Source: Myxococcota bacterium (lineage in GTDB: Bacteria > Myxococcota > Kuafuiibacteriia > Kuafuiibacteriales > Kuafuiibacteriaceae). Taken from it: a stretch of DNA of 64,000 nucleotides. Both the position numbers and the translations under genes were made by a program. The notes below the pieces were generated by a model. That model had not been told where the DNA came from. It ran no database searches and saw only the letters and a program-made list of their open reading frames with translations. Position 1 is the first letter of the stretch. Every line of letters starts with the position of its first letter. Below are positions 1 through 9,899 of this stretch, piece after piece. The stretch lies in assembly GCA_036337945.1 (NCBI GenBank), contig JAYZDF010000004.1, forward strand, positions 1 through 64,000. Reading direction: 5' to 3'.

Positions 1-31
1 TCAACCAGATCTTTATGATTTCAGCGAACCA

Positions 32-871
32 TTGAATTTCGCGAAAAATGCTATTCAGGATCTTAAGAATCGTGACAAAAGCTATTTTCAGCTTACAGCA
101 TTGATCAGCTCTCAGAACGTGAGCGAAGAAGCGAAAGAGAAGGTCTTGTTTGAATTGCTTACAAGTGAAGCTCCGAACGCATCCCCGCTTAACGAAGAAC
201 TTATCAAGCCCGATCGTGATGGACGTTTGCCTGTATCCTCCGACGTCATCTACGGCTTACTCAAGAAACTAAATCCGAAGCATCCAGAGGGCGTAAAAAA
301 ATTATTTGAGAGTGCAGGCCGTATGCTCTTATCTGGCCTGACTCCGACTCGAATTAAAGAACTCACACCTTTGATTGAATCAGAGTCCTCACTCAAGTCA
401 TTCAATGTCTCAGATCGTGCGCTTGTAGCGATCATTCGTGATCACTCCAAAGGCAAAGGTGCGGCGGATCGAAAAGTCGTAAACTGGCTATTAGAAAATT
501 CTGTCGATCGGCTTCTCCCCGAACGGGTGCTCGGTTATGTCGAATTACTCACGGAGTTAGGAGCTTCGCGTGAAAAGGTCGGTAAAGATGTCGCTTGGAG
601 TGTGACATTACTTCAGGGTTTGGTAGCTCGCCAAAAGCGAAATCTTCTTAGAGCGACAACCAATCTGTCAGTTGATCTCTTTCCCGAAACACTTTGGGTT
701 CTCCGCAATGGAAAACAGACCTATGATGAAGCGATTCTCGAAGAAGTGTCGAAAAATATAAATGATTGGGGTTGGGACAAAAAATTGGTCGCGGCCTTGA
801 TTGATCGGCTCCCAGATCTAGATGATAAATGGGTCAAGAAATGGCAAAAAGCGGTAAAGATTGATGGCTAA
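32..871 (+). CDS. hypothetical protein (TTG start; may extend 5' beyond window edge)
   Basis: Long ORF with no in-frame stop between position 2 and 32; no recognisable motif. Confidence 0.45.
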   Translation: MNFAKNAIQDLKNRDKSYFQLTALISSQNVSEEAKEKVLFELLTSEAPNASPLNEELIKPDRDGRLPVSSDVIYGLLKKLNPKHPEGVKKLFESAGRMLLSGLTPTRIKELTPLIESESSLKSFNVSDRALVAIIRDHSKGKGAADRKVVNWLLENSVDRLLPERVLGYVELLTELGASREKVGKDVAWSVTLLQGLVARQKRNLLRATTNLSVDLFPETLWVLRNGKQTYDEAILEEVSKNINDWGWDKKLVAALIDRLPDLDDKWVKKWQKAVKIDG

Positions 872-1181
872 GGTGATTGATTCAGAGGCCACTTACTTCG
901 TCAGGAGTGATACTGATTCGTCTGTACTCCTTGCGCTTGATGTTAAACATCACGATGGAATCATTGAATGGCACGATACGAATCGTGATCGAGCTTTCGA
1001 ATGCAATCAATTTAGTCCTATGGATGAAGGCTTCTCAGTCCAAACTGAAAACGGCATCTATACGTTCATTTATCTCGAGCTCGACCTTTACAAAGCCGTG
1101 GTGCAGCAAATGCTAGTCGGGCAACCAGAGTTTTCATCGACTCCCGAATTACAAAAGTATTTTCAAAAGTTTGTACGTTAA
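861..1181 (+). CDS. small hypothetical protein
   Basis: 106-aa ORF overlapping stop of upstream gene by 11 nt; no motif recognised. Confidence 0.3.
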   Translation: MMAKVIDSEATYFVRSDTDSSVLLALDVKHHDGIIEWHDTNRDRAFECNQFSPMDEGFSVQTENGIYTFIYLELDLYKAVVQQMLVGQPEFSSTPELQKYFQKFVR

Positions 1182-2158
1182 TTTTTACGAGCGTCGACAT
1201 AAGCTTTTGCGGCTTCCATAACCTGATTGGATAAGCGGTCGCTTGATGCAATTTTTGTTATGGCACTGAATGCTTCACTGGTCCCTAAGACCTTCAGGGT
1301 GTCAATAATCTGTAAAGCGAGCGATTCTTCAGCTTTTTCAATTGTTCGCGAGAGAAATTCGACTGCCTCTACAATTCCGTGAGTTCCTATAAGTCCAATC
1401 GCTAAAGCTTTTTCCGCTTTGTTCCGTGACTCAGCTTTCTCCGTGATCCGTGGGACTACCGTTTTATCTCCGACGGCGTACATAGTGGCGAGCACAGTTA
1501 ACCGTTCCGGCCACCCTAAGAAGAATTTTCGACTAAGTGGCTCAAGCGTTGATAGTGCACTTTTATCTGCGAGGCGTCGAATTCCTTCTAGGGCATCGAT
1601 TCTTCTCTTGCTTGAACTCAGGCTATCAAGGAGTAAAGGAAGACCTCGGCTATCTTTCATAGACGCGAGTGCAAAACTGCATTCAAATCGCGTTTGTTCG
1701 TCAGGGTCGGATAGGTGTTCGAGTAAAACAGGGATAGCCTTTTTCGCTGAACTATCTCCAAGAGCAGCGGCTGCCTCCTGTCTTACTCTCGGATGTTCGT
1801 CGTCCAGAAGTTTTATCAAAACAGAAACCGTTTCTGACGTGGCCGGGTCATCCACAAGGACCAACGCAATCGCAGACTCGCCCCGCACCCGTGGCGTCTC
1901 AGACGACTTAGCAAGAAACGTGAGCGCATTGAGAATACGATTTTTCGGAAGCGCTAAAGAGGTTTGTGCGAGATGCTGCATGGTTTCTAAAGCTTGAACG
2001 CTCACACTAATATTTTCATGCAAGAGAAAGGTTGTGACGTGCTCAACGACTGCTTGAGAGATCTGCTCTTCGTCAATTTGACAGATATCTCTTAGTGCTT
2101 CGATAACAACGGTCTCGTCGTTATCCTGAAGGCGTGTCGTAAGCTCTGGTGCGATCAT
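1178..2158 (-). CDS. HEAT/PBS-lyase-like repeat protein
   Basis: Repeated ~30-aa units (e.g. PVLLEHLSDPDEQTRFECSFALASM, LLDDEHPRVRQEAAAALGDS) typical of HEAT repeats; 4-nt overlap with metG suggests operon. Confidence 0.6.
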   Translation of the reverse strand: MIAPELTTRLQDNDETVVIEALRDICQIDEEQISQAVVEHVTTFLLHENISVSVQALETMQHLAQTSLALPKNRILNALTFLAKSSETPRVRGESAIALVLVDDPATSETVSVLIKLLDDEHPRVRQEAAAALGDSSAKKAIPVLLEHLSDPDEQTRFECSFALASMKDSRGLPLLLDSLSSSKRRIDALEGIRRLADKSALSTLEPLSRKFFLGWPERLTVLATMYAVGDKTVVPRITEKAESRNKAEKALAIGLIGTHGIVEAVEFLSRTIEKAEESLALQIIDTLKVLGTSEAFSAITKIASSDRLSNQVMEAAKAYVDARKN

Positions 2159-4209
2159 TTAATCACAGAGCCGATAGGAGCATCGTCCGAAACTTCGAGA
2201 AGCCAAATGTCTTTGCCACCTGGTCCGGCGGCCATGACCATTCCTTCACTGATACCAAATCGCATTTTCCGTGGAGCAAGGTTAGCCACGACAGCCACCT
2301 TTTTTCCAATAATAGCCTTAGCTTCGTACGCGCTACGTATGCCGGCAAAAATATTGCGAGGTTTTTCTTCTCCCAGGTCAACTGTAAGCTGAAGAAGTTT
2401 ATCAGCGCCTTCAACAAGCTCAGCATGCCTAATTAGCCCGACGCGTAAGTCTATTTTTATGAAGTCATCGATAGAAATCTCTTCTGCAGGTCCCGTAGGT
2501 TTCTTTTCTTTTTTTGACTTCTTAGACTTCTTTTTGTCGTCAGATTTGGCGGCAGCCTTTTTATCTTTGCTTGCTTCGACCATGGCCGCCACTTGTTTAC
2601 CGGTAATGCGGTCGATAATTCGACCCGAATCTCCACAATTTTGATTGACGAGGTCAAAAGCGACGGCTTCATCAAATGATCCCGGTCTTCCTTCGAGCCC
2701 GAGCATACCGTAAACTTTTTCGCACAAAGAAGGATTGATAGGTGCAAGAAGAACCCAAGCAGACCTTGCTATGTTTAGGCACAGAGTCACTAAGTCACGA
2801 GTACCTTTTTCGTCCTCCTTTATCTTTTTCCATGGCTGAAAATCTTGAAATAGTTTGTTTCCTAGATTCGCGATTTCGACCGCGGCTCGAGTCGCGGATG
2901 CAAGATCAAAGTTCGCGTACGCTTTTTGAGCCTCTTCTACTTTTTGTTTTACAAAAGCGAGATGCTCTTCGCTGCCGTCAGGGAGGTCGCCATATTGACC
3001 GCCGAGACGGTCCTTGATGAATGGTACGCCACGAGCTACAAGATTCGCGAAATTGTTTACAAGTTCTGCATTGACGCGATGGACGAACTCTTCAAGAGAT
3101 AAGTCTACGTCTTCTGCTTTTGGGCCTATTTTCGAGGCAAAGTAATACCGTAAATACGAAGGGTCGAGATGATCACGGAACGTTCTAGCCATGATAAATG
3201 TTCCCCGCGACTTCGACATTTTTACACCATCAACGGTGAGCATCCCATGTACGTGAACTCGGCTTGGGAGTTTCAGATTGGCGGCGCTCAGCATGGCGGG
3301 CCAAAAGAGCGTGTGAAAATAGATGATATCTTTTCCGATGACATGAATGATTTCTGCGTTTGGATCTCGCCAAAACGACTCCGCAAGGTTTTTATTTCCC
3401 TGCTGCTTACCGAATATTTCAGTAGAGGAGATGTAGCCAACGGGTGCGTCAATCCATACGTAGAAAAACTTCCCTGGCATGTCAGGAATTTCAAAACCAA
3501 AGTAAGGTGCATCCCTGCTGACGCACCAATCCTGAAGGCCTCCCTCGATCCAGGTTTCGCAAAATTTGCGCGTTTCCGGTTGTAGAACCCCAGGCGTTGA
3601 TACCCATTCTTTCAGAACGTCCGTGAAATCCTTGAGTGTCACATAGACATGCTCCGATTCCTTTTCGATCGGTGTTGTTCCTGTAATTGCGCTTACGGGG
3701 TTTTTTAGCTCCGTCGGCTCGTAGGTTGCCCCGCATGCTTCGCAGACATCACCGTATTGGTCGGGCGTGCCGCACTTTGGGCAGGTTCCTTTAACAAATC
3801 TGTCCGGTAAAAATCGTTTGGCTTGCTCGTCGTAAAGCTGATTGAGAGGGCGCTGAACGATGTGTCCATTTTCCCGAAGGGCGGCATAAATATTGTATAC
3901 CCATTTACGATTTTCTTCAGAATTGGTCGAACCGAAGAAATCAAATTCAATCCCGAAGCTTGTGAAGTCTTCCAGATGCTCCTTCGCGTATCTCGCGATA
4001 AATTCTTCCGGTGGAATTCCAGCCTTGCTCGCATTGAGTTCGATGGGTGTACCGTGAGTGTCATCTGCGCAAACGTAGTACGCTTCTTTGCCGTCTAGCT
4101 TAAGGCTTCGAACGAATACATCGGTCATGATGTATTCAACCAAGTGGCCTATATGAATACTCCCATTGGCGTAAGGTAAGGCTGCAGTGACGAGGGTCTT
4201 CTTGCTCAT
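2155..4209 (-). CDS. metG: methionyl-tRNA synthetase with C-terminal EMAP/tRNA-binding domain
   Basis: HIGH motif (PYANGSIHIGHL), KMSKS motif (KMSKSRGT), Zn-knuckle CPKC...CEAC, Lys-rich linker and C-terminal Trbp111-like domain. Confidence 0.95.
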   Translation of the reverse strand: MSKKTLVTAALPYANGSIHIGHLVEYIMTDVFVRSLKLDGKEAYYVCADDTHGTPIELNASKAGIPPEEFIARYAKEHLEDFTSFGIEFDFFGSTNSEENRKWVYNIYAALRENGHIVQRPLNQLYDEQAKRFLPDRFVKGTCPKCGTPDQYGDVCEACGATYEPTELKNPVSAITGTTPIEKESEHVYVTLKDFTDVLKEWVSTPGVLQPETRKFCETWIEGGLQDWCVSRDAPYFGFEIPDMPGKFFYVWIDAPVGYISSTEIFGKQQGNKNLAESFWRDPNAEIIHVIGKDIIYFHTLFWPAMLSAANLKLPSRVHVHGMLTVDGVKMSKSRGTFIMARTFRDHLDPSYLRYYFASKIGPKAEDVDLSLEEFVHRVNAELVNNFANLVARGVPFIKDRLGGQYGDLPDGSEEHLAFVKQKVEEAQKAYANFDLASATRAAVEIANLGNKLFQDFQPWKKIKEDEKGTRDLVTLCLNIARSAWVLLAPINPSLCEKVYGMLGLEGRPGSFDEAVAFDLVNQNCGDSGRIIDRITGKQVAAMVEASKDKKAAAKSDDKKKSKKSKKEKKPTGPAEEISIDDFIKIDLRVGLIRHAELVEGADKLLQLTVDLGEEKPRNIFAGIRSAYEAKAIIGKKVAVVANLAPRKMRFGISEGMVMAAGPGGKDIWLLEVSDDAPIGSVIK

Positions 4210-5243
4210 CTGATACTCCCATTAAGTCCCACTAAGGATAGGCATAATTGTTCAACGATCAGTCCGACGTTGAGGTTGAATGGTTGAGATAATTTAGTTT
4301 GAGCTTCTTCAATAAATTTAGCGCGCTGCAACAACTGAGGTAGGCCCCGATCATTCGCTAAAAACTGAAGGTCGTTGTGCCGATCGATATTCGCAACGGT
4401 GCTTATATCGGCCTGTGCCGCAAAGAGAATTTGGTCTCGAATCCACACGCCAAGAAGCTGAAGCCGCGCGCTGAGTTCATCCTTTTCACCACTAAGCTCC
4501 GTTGCAACTGCGATCGCCGTGGCTGCCTGTCGACGCTCGCGAGTGTTTAGTTTACGATCGATTTCGGCAACATAATCACGACGTTGCATGATTTCTTCCG
4601 GGTCCGAACTGAGAGCTTGTGCTGGTGAGCCTTGCGCTAGCGCAGCGATGAGGTGAGCGGATGCTTCATCAAGGTCGGTTTTGGCTTGCAGCAATTTTTG
4701 AATATTCTCCAGTGGTACCGGTTTGAAATCGACTCGTTGGCACCGAGATAAGATGGTACCGAGAAACGCTTGAGGTTTCGCACTTGTCAAAATAATCTTC
4801 GATTGCCCAGGTGGCTCCTCCAACGTTTTGAGAAGTGCGTTTTGGGCTTGTGGGTTCATGCTATCGGCATCGCGAATGATCATGACCTTGAATGGTGCTT
4901 CCAAGGATTGAACATAGAGGACTTGATTGGCCTCGCGAATCTCGTCGACTGTGATTTTCCCTTTTTCGTTGGGCTCAAGATAAACAATGTCCGGGTGATT
5001 TGAGTGATGACACTTATAGCACGCACTGCAATCATTACAGGCACTCCCCGATTGTGGATTTTGGCAGACCAAAATCTGAGCAAGATGCTGAGCGGCGAGG
5101 AATTTTCCAACACCGTCTGGACCACAGAAAAGCATCGCATGATGGACTCGATCGTTCATAATGGCGTTATGAAGCCTAGACAGTGCTACATCTTGGCCAG
5201 TCAAATCTGTGAATGCTTTAATCAAGAGCCCCTCTCTATGCAT
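4206..5243 (-). CDS. holB: DNA polymerase III subunit delta' (start most likely at ATG 5241-5243 rather than 5318)
   Basis: AAA+ Walker A-like GPDGVGK, Cys cluster CNDCSACYKC and SRC-like motif (LSRCQ) typical of delta'; 4-nt overlap with metG. Confidence 0.85.
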   Translation of the reverse strand: MHREGLLIKAFTDLTGQDVALSRLHNAIMNDRVHHAMLFCGPDGVGKFLAAQHLAQILVCQNPQSGSACNDCSACYKCHHSNHPDIVYLEPNEKGKITVDEIREANQVLYVQSLEAPFKVMIIRDADSMNPQAQNALLKTLEEPPGQSKIILTSAKPQAFLGTILSRCQRVDFKPVPLENIQKLLQAKTDLDEASAHLIAALAQGSPAQALSSDPEEIMQRRDYVAEIDRKLNTRERRQAATAIAVATELSGEKDELSARLQLLGVWIRDQILFAAQADISTVANIDRHNDLQFLANDRGLPQLLQRAKFIEEAQTKLSQPFNLNVGLIVEQLCLSLVGLNGSIR

Positions 5244-5247
5244 TAGA

Positions 5248-6039
5248 TCAACGTGGGTCAACTTTCGTCTGGAGCCTGTCGAAGTATTCCTCAGGCGTAA
5301 ATAACCTTCGCTGAACACATAGCTGGAAAACTGCGCGAACCTGTTCGATAGTTACGCCTGCATTTTTTCTCTGAACCAGGAGTGGGTTTTCTATTAATGC
5401 GTTGGTTGGCAGCGGGATTGGCGATGAATTTCGTCGTAAAGTGAGGCCTCGATCGACCAATTTGTCTCCTTGAGGAGTCTCGTAGTCTACACCGTGGAGC
5501 TCATTACGCATCTGATCAAGGTTCTGAATCTTGAAATTAGGTTCTGGTGGAGGTTCGAGCGGGACGAGCTGGGAACTTGGAAGCCGGGGTGGGGCGACGG
5601 CAGGTTTTGGCTCGTAGTAGTCCGTCAGGAGTTGGTTGAACTCTTCATCAGTAACAAGTTCAGCTCGAATAGATGCAGTTGTGTCCGTTCGAAGAGATTC
5701 GACACCGCTGGTCTGAGTTGGGTCGCTCATAACGACGAGAAGCTCTTGGCCTTGCGCACGAAATCGAATGGGGAGAACACGGTACGTTTCTGCCCAATTA
5801 CGACTTACGAGCTTCGGAGCATCCTCATCGAATTGCGATTCCAACAGTTGGTACCGCGGAACTCCGATACAGGTTGCGAAATCATCGTAGAGCTTCGTTG
5901 TATCAAGACCGAAGAGTCCTGTTAGACATACCGTGAATGGTTTTTGCCCACGAGCGCTTTCTTCCAGCGCTTCTTGGGCTTGCTGCGATGTGATCAGCTT
6001 GGAGGCGAAAAGTAATTCTGCCAATCGCACCTGAGACAT
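5248..6039 (-). CDS. stand-alone T2SSE_N/MshEN-domain protein (putative c-di-GMP receptor) with Pro-rich linker and unknown C-terminal domain
   Basis: N-terminus RLAELLFASKLITSQQAQEALEES + second helix fits MshEN c-di-GMP-binding motif; ...YRVLPIRF...LLVVMSDP resembles GspE N-terminal domain. Confidence 0.55.
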   Translation of the reverse strand: MSQVRLAELLFASKLITSQQAQEALEESARGQKPFTVCLTGLFGLDTTKLYDDFATCIGVPRYQLLESQFDEDAPKLVSRNWAETYRVLPIRFRAQGQELLVVMSDPTQTSGVESLRTDTTASIRAELVTDEEFNQLLTDYYEPKPAVAPPRLPSSQLVPLEPPPEPNFKIQNLDQMRNELHGVDYETPQGDKLVDRGLTLRRNSSPIPLPTNALIENPLLVQRKNAGVTIEQVRAVFQLCVQRRLFTPEEYFDRLQTKVDPR

Positions 6040-6086
6040 GGCTTGAGCTTAGCGCATAGCGGATGGTTCATGCTACAGTTTAAGCT

Positions 6087-7085
6087 GTGACTTCACTATT
6101 GGCGCTAGATTTCGAAGAAATCCGGTCCATTTTGTCGCTATACCACTTAGATGGTCTGGTTTCTCATAAAACGCTTTATCGGGAGAAGCTTGAAACATTG
6201 TATTGGGTTGAGACTAGCCAGCAAAGCTACTTTCTCCGAGTTTGTATCGGTCGCGCTTTCGGACACATGGTGTTCGAAAAAGACCTATTGAAATATCTGT
6301 CCCAACAAAGCCTCCCCGTACCTATGATTGAGGAAAATGTAGCGTCGGGAGCATTTACACCGTGGTCTGTCGACGGCCGTTATATCAGTCTTTATCGAGG
6401 CGTAGCGGGTCGTTCGATAGGTCGCTTTGAGTTCGGCGAGCAACATTGTCAGAAGGTAGGCGAGTTTTTAGCCCACTTACACAGTCTGTCGGATGGCTTC
6501 TCGTCGAGGAGTTCCGCCAAAAACGTTGTTGCTCTTGTGCGCTTTGCCTACCAGTCTGTTCTGGGAAATATCGAACAACATCAAGATTTTGCTCGGCTAA
6601 GTTTAGAACTGTCAGAATTAGAGTCCGAGCTTGAGGAACAAGAATGTAGAACCTTCATTGGCCCAAAAGGAATCCATCACGGAGGTATAAAGATTTCGTC
6701 TCTATTGTTTCAGCAGACAGAGTTGACTTTAGTTCGCGGTTTTTCTGGATGCGGACACGACCGGTTCTTGTTTGACCTCGCCAAAGCTATATATGACTGT
6801 TGCTGGATCCCAGACCCCGCTTCGCAGCAAGGGCCATCTGGAACTTATGACCTGGAACGAATAAATGCGGTGGTTCGTGGATATGTGGATATTACGAATA
6901 CACCACGAAGTTTTTGGTTAGCCTTATCTGAAGATCTACGCCTCTGCGCTTTGACTTCAGCCATTCGAAGATTGAAAGCGTTTGAACTAGATAATGAGAA
7001 AACTATGGTATTTGAGGACTACCGACACGATATTTCGAAGCTTCGTGCTTTACGACGATTGGGTAAATTAGAGCCAGATATTTAG
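6087..7085 (+). CDS. phosphotransferase-fold protein (APH / homoserine kinase type II-like), GTG start
   Basis: Overall similarity to APH-family kinases; catalytic loop reads IHHGGIKISS (HGG instead of HGD) and DFD-like FLFDLAKAIYD. Confidence 0.45.
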   Translation: MTSLLALDFEEIRSILSLYHLDGLVSHKTLYREKLETLYWVETSQQSYFLRVCIGRAFGHMVFEKDLLKYLSQQSLPVPMIEENVASGAFTPWSVDGRYISLYRGVAGRSIGRFEFGEQHCQKVGEFLAHLHSLSDGFSSRSSAKNVVALVRFAYQSVLGNIEQHQDFARLSLELSELESELEEQECRTFIGPKGIHHGGIKISSLLFQQTELTLVRGFSGCGHDRFLFDLAKAIYDCCWIPDPASQQGPSGTYDLERINAVVRGYVDITNTPRSFWLALSEDLRLCALTSAIRRLKAFELDNEKTMVFEDYRHDISKLRALRRLGKLEPDI

Positions 7086-7543
7086 AGTCCGGCAACCATG
7101 AGCCATCGCCCATTCGTTTGCTCAAATACGATTCGAGAACGGTCACTATCTGTGCTCCACTTCAGTCCGGTTGGGTACTCACTTTGCGCACGATAAGTGT
7201 AGTAGATGTAGGCGTAAGCTTTCTTTTCTTCGATGACGATATTATCGACTCGCATTTCGAGTTGAATTTTTTTTGTCCGCTCAAATTCTTGAGCGAGCTT
7301 TTCTTTGAGCTCGCGATAATCATAATCATCCGACTTATCAGAATTGCCATTGTCTTCGTAGTATCTCGGACTCACGAGGCTCAGTACCGCTGCAGAATCT
7401 AAATTCTCCATGGCTTTGGTGTAGTCTTCTACAATCGCTAAGATCGTCCGGTTTTCTTCTGTGTCAGCAATTGACGTATTGGGAATCCGGCTGTGCGCAC
7501 AACCTACGAAAGCGGAAATTAACAGGCAGAGTAAAAATCGCAT
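7082..7543 (-). CDS. lipoprotein, NTF2/SnoaL-like (DUF4440-like)
   Basis: Signal peptide with lipobox LISAFVGC; small alpha+beta-like domain. Confidence 0.5.
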   Translation of the reverse strand: MRFLLCLLISAFVGCAHSRIPNTSIADTEENRTILAIVEDYTKAMENLDSAAVLSLVSPRYYEDNGNSDKSDDYDYRELKEKLAQEFERTKKIQLEMRVDNIVIEEKKAYAYIYYTYRAQSEYPTGLKWSTDSDRSRIVFEQTNGRWLMVAGL

Positions 7544-7592
7544 ACAAGTGAGTCCTACCGTTGAAACAATAGGCTGTCGACTTCTATTCCTC

Positions 7593-9884
7593 CTACATAT
7601 CCAACTCTTTGCGAATTTTGGCCCTTTGAGACCATTGTAGAGCCTCTAGCCGATCAATTGCGCGAGATGCCGTTTTTGCCATTTTGACAAATTGAAACTC
7701 CGCCTCGTCAAATTGTCTGGCAGCGAGCAGTACTCTTCCTAACATTTTGTTTGCTTCCTCGATGAAGTCTGGATGTGGAAGACCGAGAGAGAGTGCTCTG
7801 CGGATTTCTATAAGTGCTCGATTCGACATGCCTATCTGAGCAAGACGTCGTGCGTACAGGTAATGAAGTAATCCATTCGAAGAGTGAGAAGCAGTTAGAT
7901 CGGCCAGTCGGACAAGTCCTTCCTCTTGCGAGTATTCCTGTAAAAGGTAATCACGAAGGACCGCTTGAATTGAAGCTTCCTGCTGCATTGCATATTTTTT
8001 TGCTTCGACCAGTCGCCGAAATCCAGCGCTCAAAGACCGAGTATCTGCCATACTAAGAATCTGCAGCGCTACCGTGCTGTTCGAGGTTTTCCATTCTAAG
8101 TCTGCGATAGCGAGCTCAACACGAAGGCGTCCTTGTGCTGTATAGTTTTGTGAGTTCCTGACTGCCTTCAGCTCGTCTAAAGCGGATTTTAGATGGCCCT
8201 TCTTTGCCATCGAGCGAGAAATCGACAAAGCAACACTCGAGTCCGCGGGACGGTACTCGGCGACTTTTCGAAAAAGCGCTATGCCTTCATTCATTTTTCC
8301 CGCGGCTATTTGTGCACGAGCGTCTGATTTCATCTTTGCGGTTTCATGTGCGCAGACTTTTTCGAGAATGCTTGGTCTAGAAAACCTTTGTTCCGCGCGT
8401 TTTTTGCTTTGCTTTGCTGCTGGGATCTTATCGATGTAGTCAGTCCATTCTTTAGCCAGGTCTTTTGCTGGCTTCTCGTAGGCTGTTTCGAAGCTGTTGC
8501 TTCGGTAAAGTGCTTTGAATTTTTCGATACCATAGGTGTCGATGAGAAATCGTAGAAAGGACCCGGCGACCGTATACGCTCGCGCAGCACTTTGGGTCCA
8601 AAAACCCTGCGGAGAAAGTAAATCCGCAGGATTTGGCGCTCTTTTCTGTTCAATCATCGCTTTAGCCCATTGGTGAACCGTCATTCGATCAGTGGGCCAA
8701 TCCGCAGCCACAGCAGTCCCCTCGACGATGCCCATGTTGACGAATATTCCGGCTTTCGCTGGAACTTTAAACAGGCCGTCCGCAAAATCTGCCGCAAAAA
8801 TATGAGCCAGTTCATGGCGTAGCACCGGGTGAGGAATAGATGTTCCATGGATATGGATTTCATTTTGCCAAGGTCGAGCGATTTGGGTTCTATAGGCGCC
8901 CATAAGTGACCTCTTTTGCCCGACGTTACGATAAACGAATACGCGAATAGGTTTGCTCAACTTGATGCTAAAAAATTTCTGAAGTTGCTGATAGTGAAGC
9001 TCAGACTCAATCAAAAAATCCTTTGTCTGTTCTTCCGTAAAGCTGGAGTCAAATCGAATATCTAGGCGCTCATTATGCTCTCGAAGAGATAGGATCTTCT
9101 CGATAGAAGACCGATCGAGGTTGAATCCTTCTGTTTCTCCTAGTGTCCACCCATAAAACGACGCGCTCACTAGGATAAAACTTTGAAACAGTCGAATGGT
9201 AAACTTCTTGGCGGTTCGAGGCCGAAGTCTTCTTAGAGGCGCGAAGGCGTCCAGGCTGAAAACGATAGCGCAAGCGAATAGGACGGTGATTATGCGATGG
9301 CTTACCAATGTCTTGGTCAGTCGAACTTCTTCATCGTACAGCGAACCGGGGAAGTAGCCAAAGGGCATACTGTAAGCGAAGATCTGTGGCTCAAAGTAGA
9401 GTCTTGCCAGTGCTTGACCCAACAGTAAACAATACACGAGGGCCGTGGCGACCAGCGCCATAAGTTTGTTTGAAAATATCCGGGCACAGGCCATGCCAAG
9501 CGCGATACCGAGGCAGGTTGTGGAGCCAGCCAAGAGGATAATCATCTGGATTCCTTCTTGTGGGTTGCAAGTCGAATTGAACCATTCCACGAGCATTCCT
9601 GCCGCTACGGTCGGAAATAAAAAAATTAATCCAAGTGAAGTAAGAATAAAAAATAGCCAGATGAGGCTTGCGTCCGTTGTGCGAGCTTTTTGCTGAACCA
9701 CATGAATACTGAGCCAGGCTGCGATGGGTCCGCCGATTATGCCGCTGATGAATGCTCTCTCAAACCCAAGTATATTAGTTAGGGGAAAGAAACTCAGCGA
9801 GACAGCGGCGATTGTATGTAATGCCAGCCCGAGTAAAAATGGTTTGAGATACGGGTTTGATGGGTTTTTTGACAAAAAGGACAC
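7593..9884 (-). CDS. polytopic membrane protein with cytoplasmic/periplasmic HExxH zincin-like domain and C-terminal TPR repeats
   Basis: ~8 predicted TM helices in first 230 aa; HELAH motif (LRHELAHIFAADF) followed by EGTAVAAD; C-terminal TPR-like helical repeats; 15-nt gap to upstream ATPase gene. Confidence 0.55.
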   Translation of the reverse strand: MSFLSKNPSNPYLKPFLLGLALHTIAAVSLSFFPLTNILGFERAFISGIIGGPIAAWLSIHVVQQKARTTDASLIWLFFILTSLGLIFLFPTVAAGMLVEWFNSTCNPQEGIQMIILLAGSTTCLGIALGMACARIFSNKLMALVATALVYCLLLGQALARLYFEPQIFAYSMPFGYFPGSLYDEEVRLTKTLVSHRIITVLFACAIVFSLDAFAPLRRLRPRTAKKFTIRLFQSFILVSASFYGWTLGETEGFNLDRSSIEKILSLREHNERLDIRFDSSFTEEQTKDFLIESELHYQQLQKFFSIKLSKPIRVFVYRNVGQKRSLMGAYRTQIARPWQNEIHIHGTSIPHPVLRHELAHIFAADFADGLFKVPAKAGIFVNMGIVEGTAVAADWPTDRMTVHQWAKAMIEQKRAPNPADLLSPQGFWTQSAARAYTVAGSFLRFLIDTYGIEKFKALYRSNSFETAYEKPAKDLAKEWTDYIDKIPAAKQSKKRAEQRFSRPSILEKVCAHETAKMKSDARAQIAAGKMNEGIALFRKVAEYRPADSSVALSISRSMAKKGHLKSALDELKAVRNSQNYTAQGRLRVELAIADLEWKTSNSTVALQILSMADTRSLSAGFRRLVEAKKYAMQQEASIQAVLRDYLLQEYSQEEGLVRLADLTASHSSNGLLHYLYARRLAQIGMSNRALIEIRRALSLGLPHPDFIEEANKMLGRVLLAARQFDEAEFQFVKMAKTASRAIDRLEALQWSQRAKIRKELDM

Positions 9885-9899
9885 GAATTTGAGTTTTCG

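Noticed and set aside
1419-1997. 192-aa plus-strand ORF
   Set aside because: Antisense to the HEAT-repeat gene that is operonic with metG; Ser/Arg-rich reverse-frame artefact
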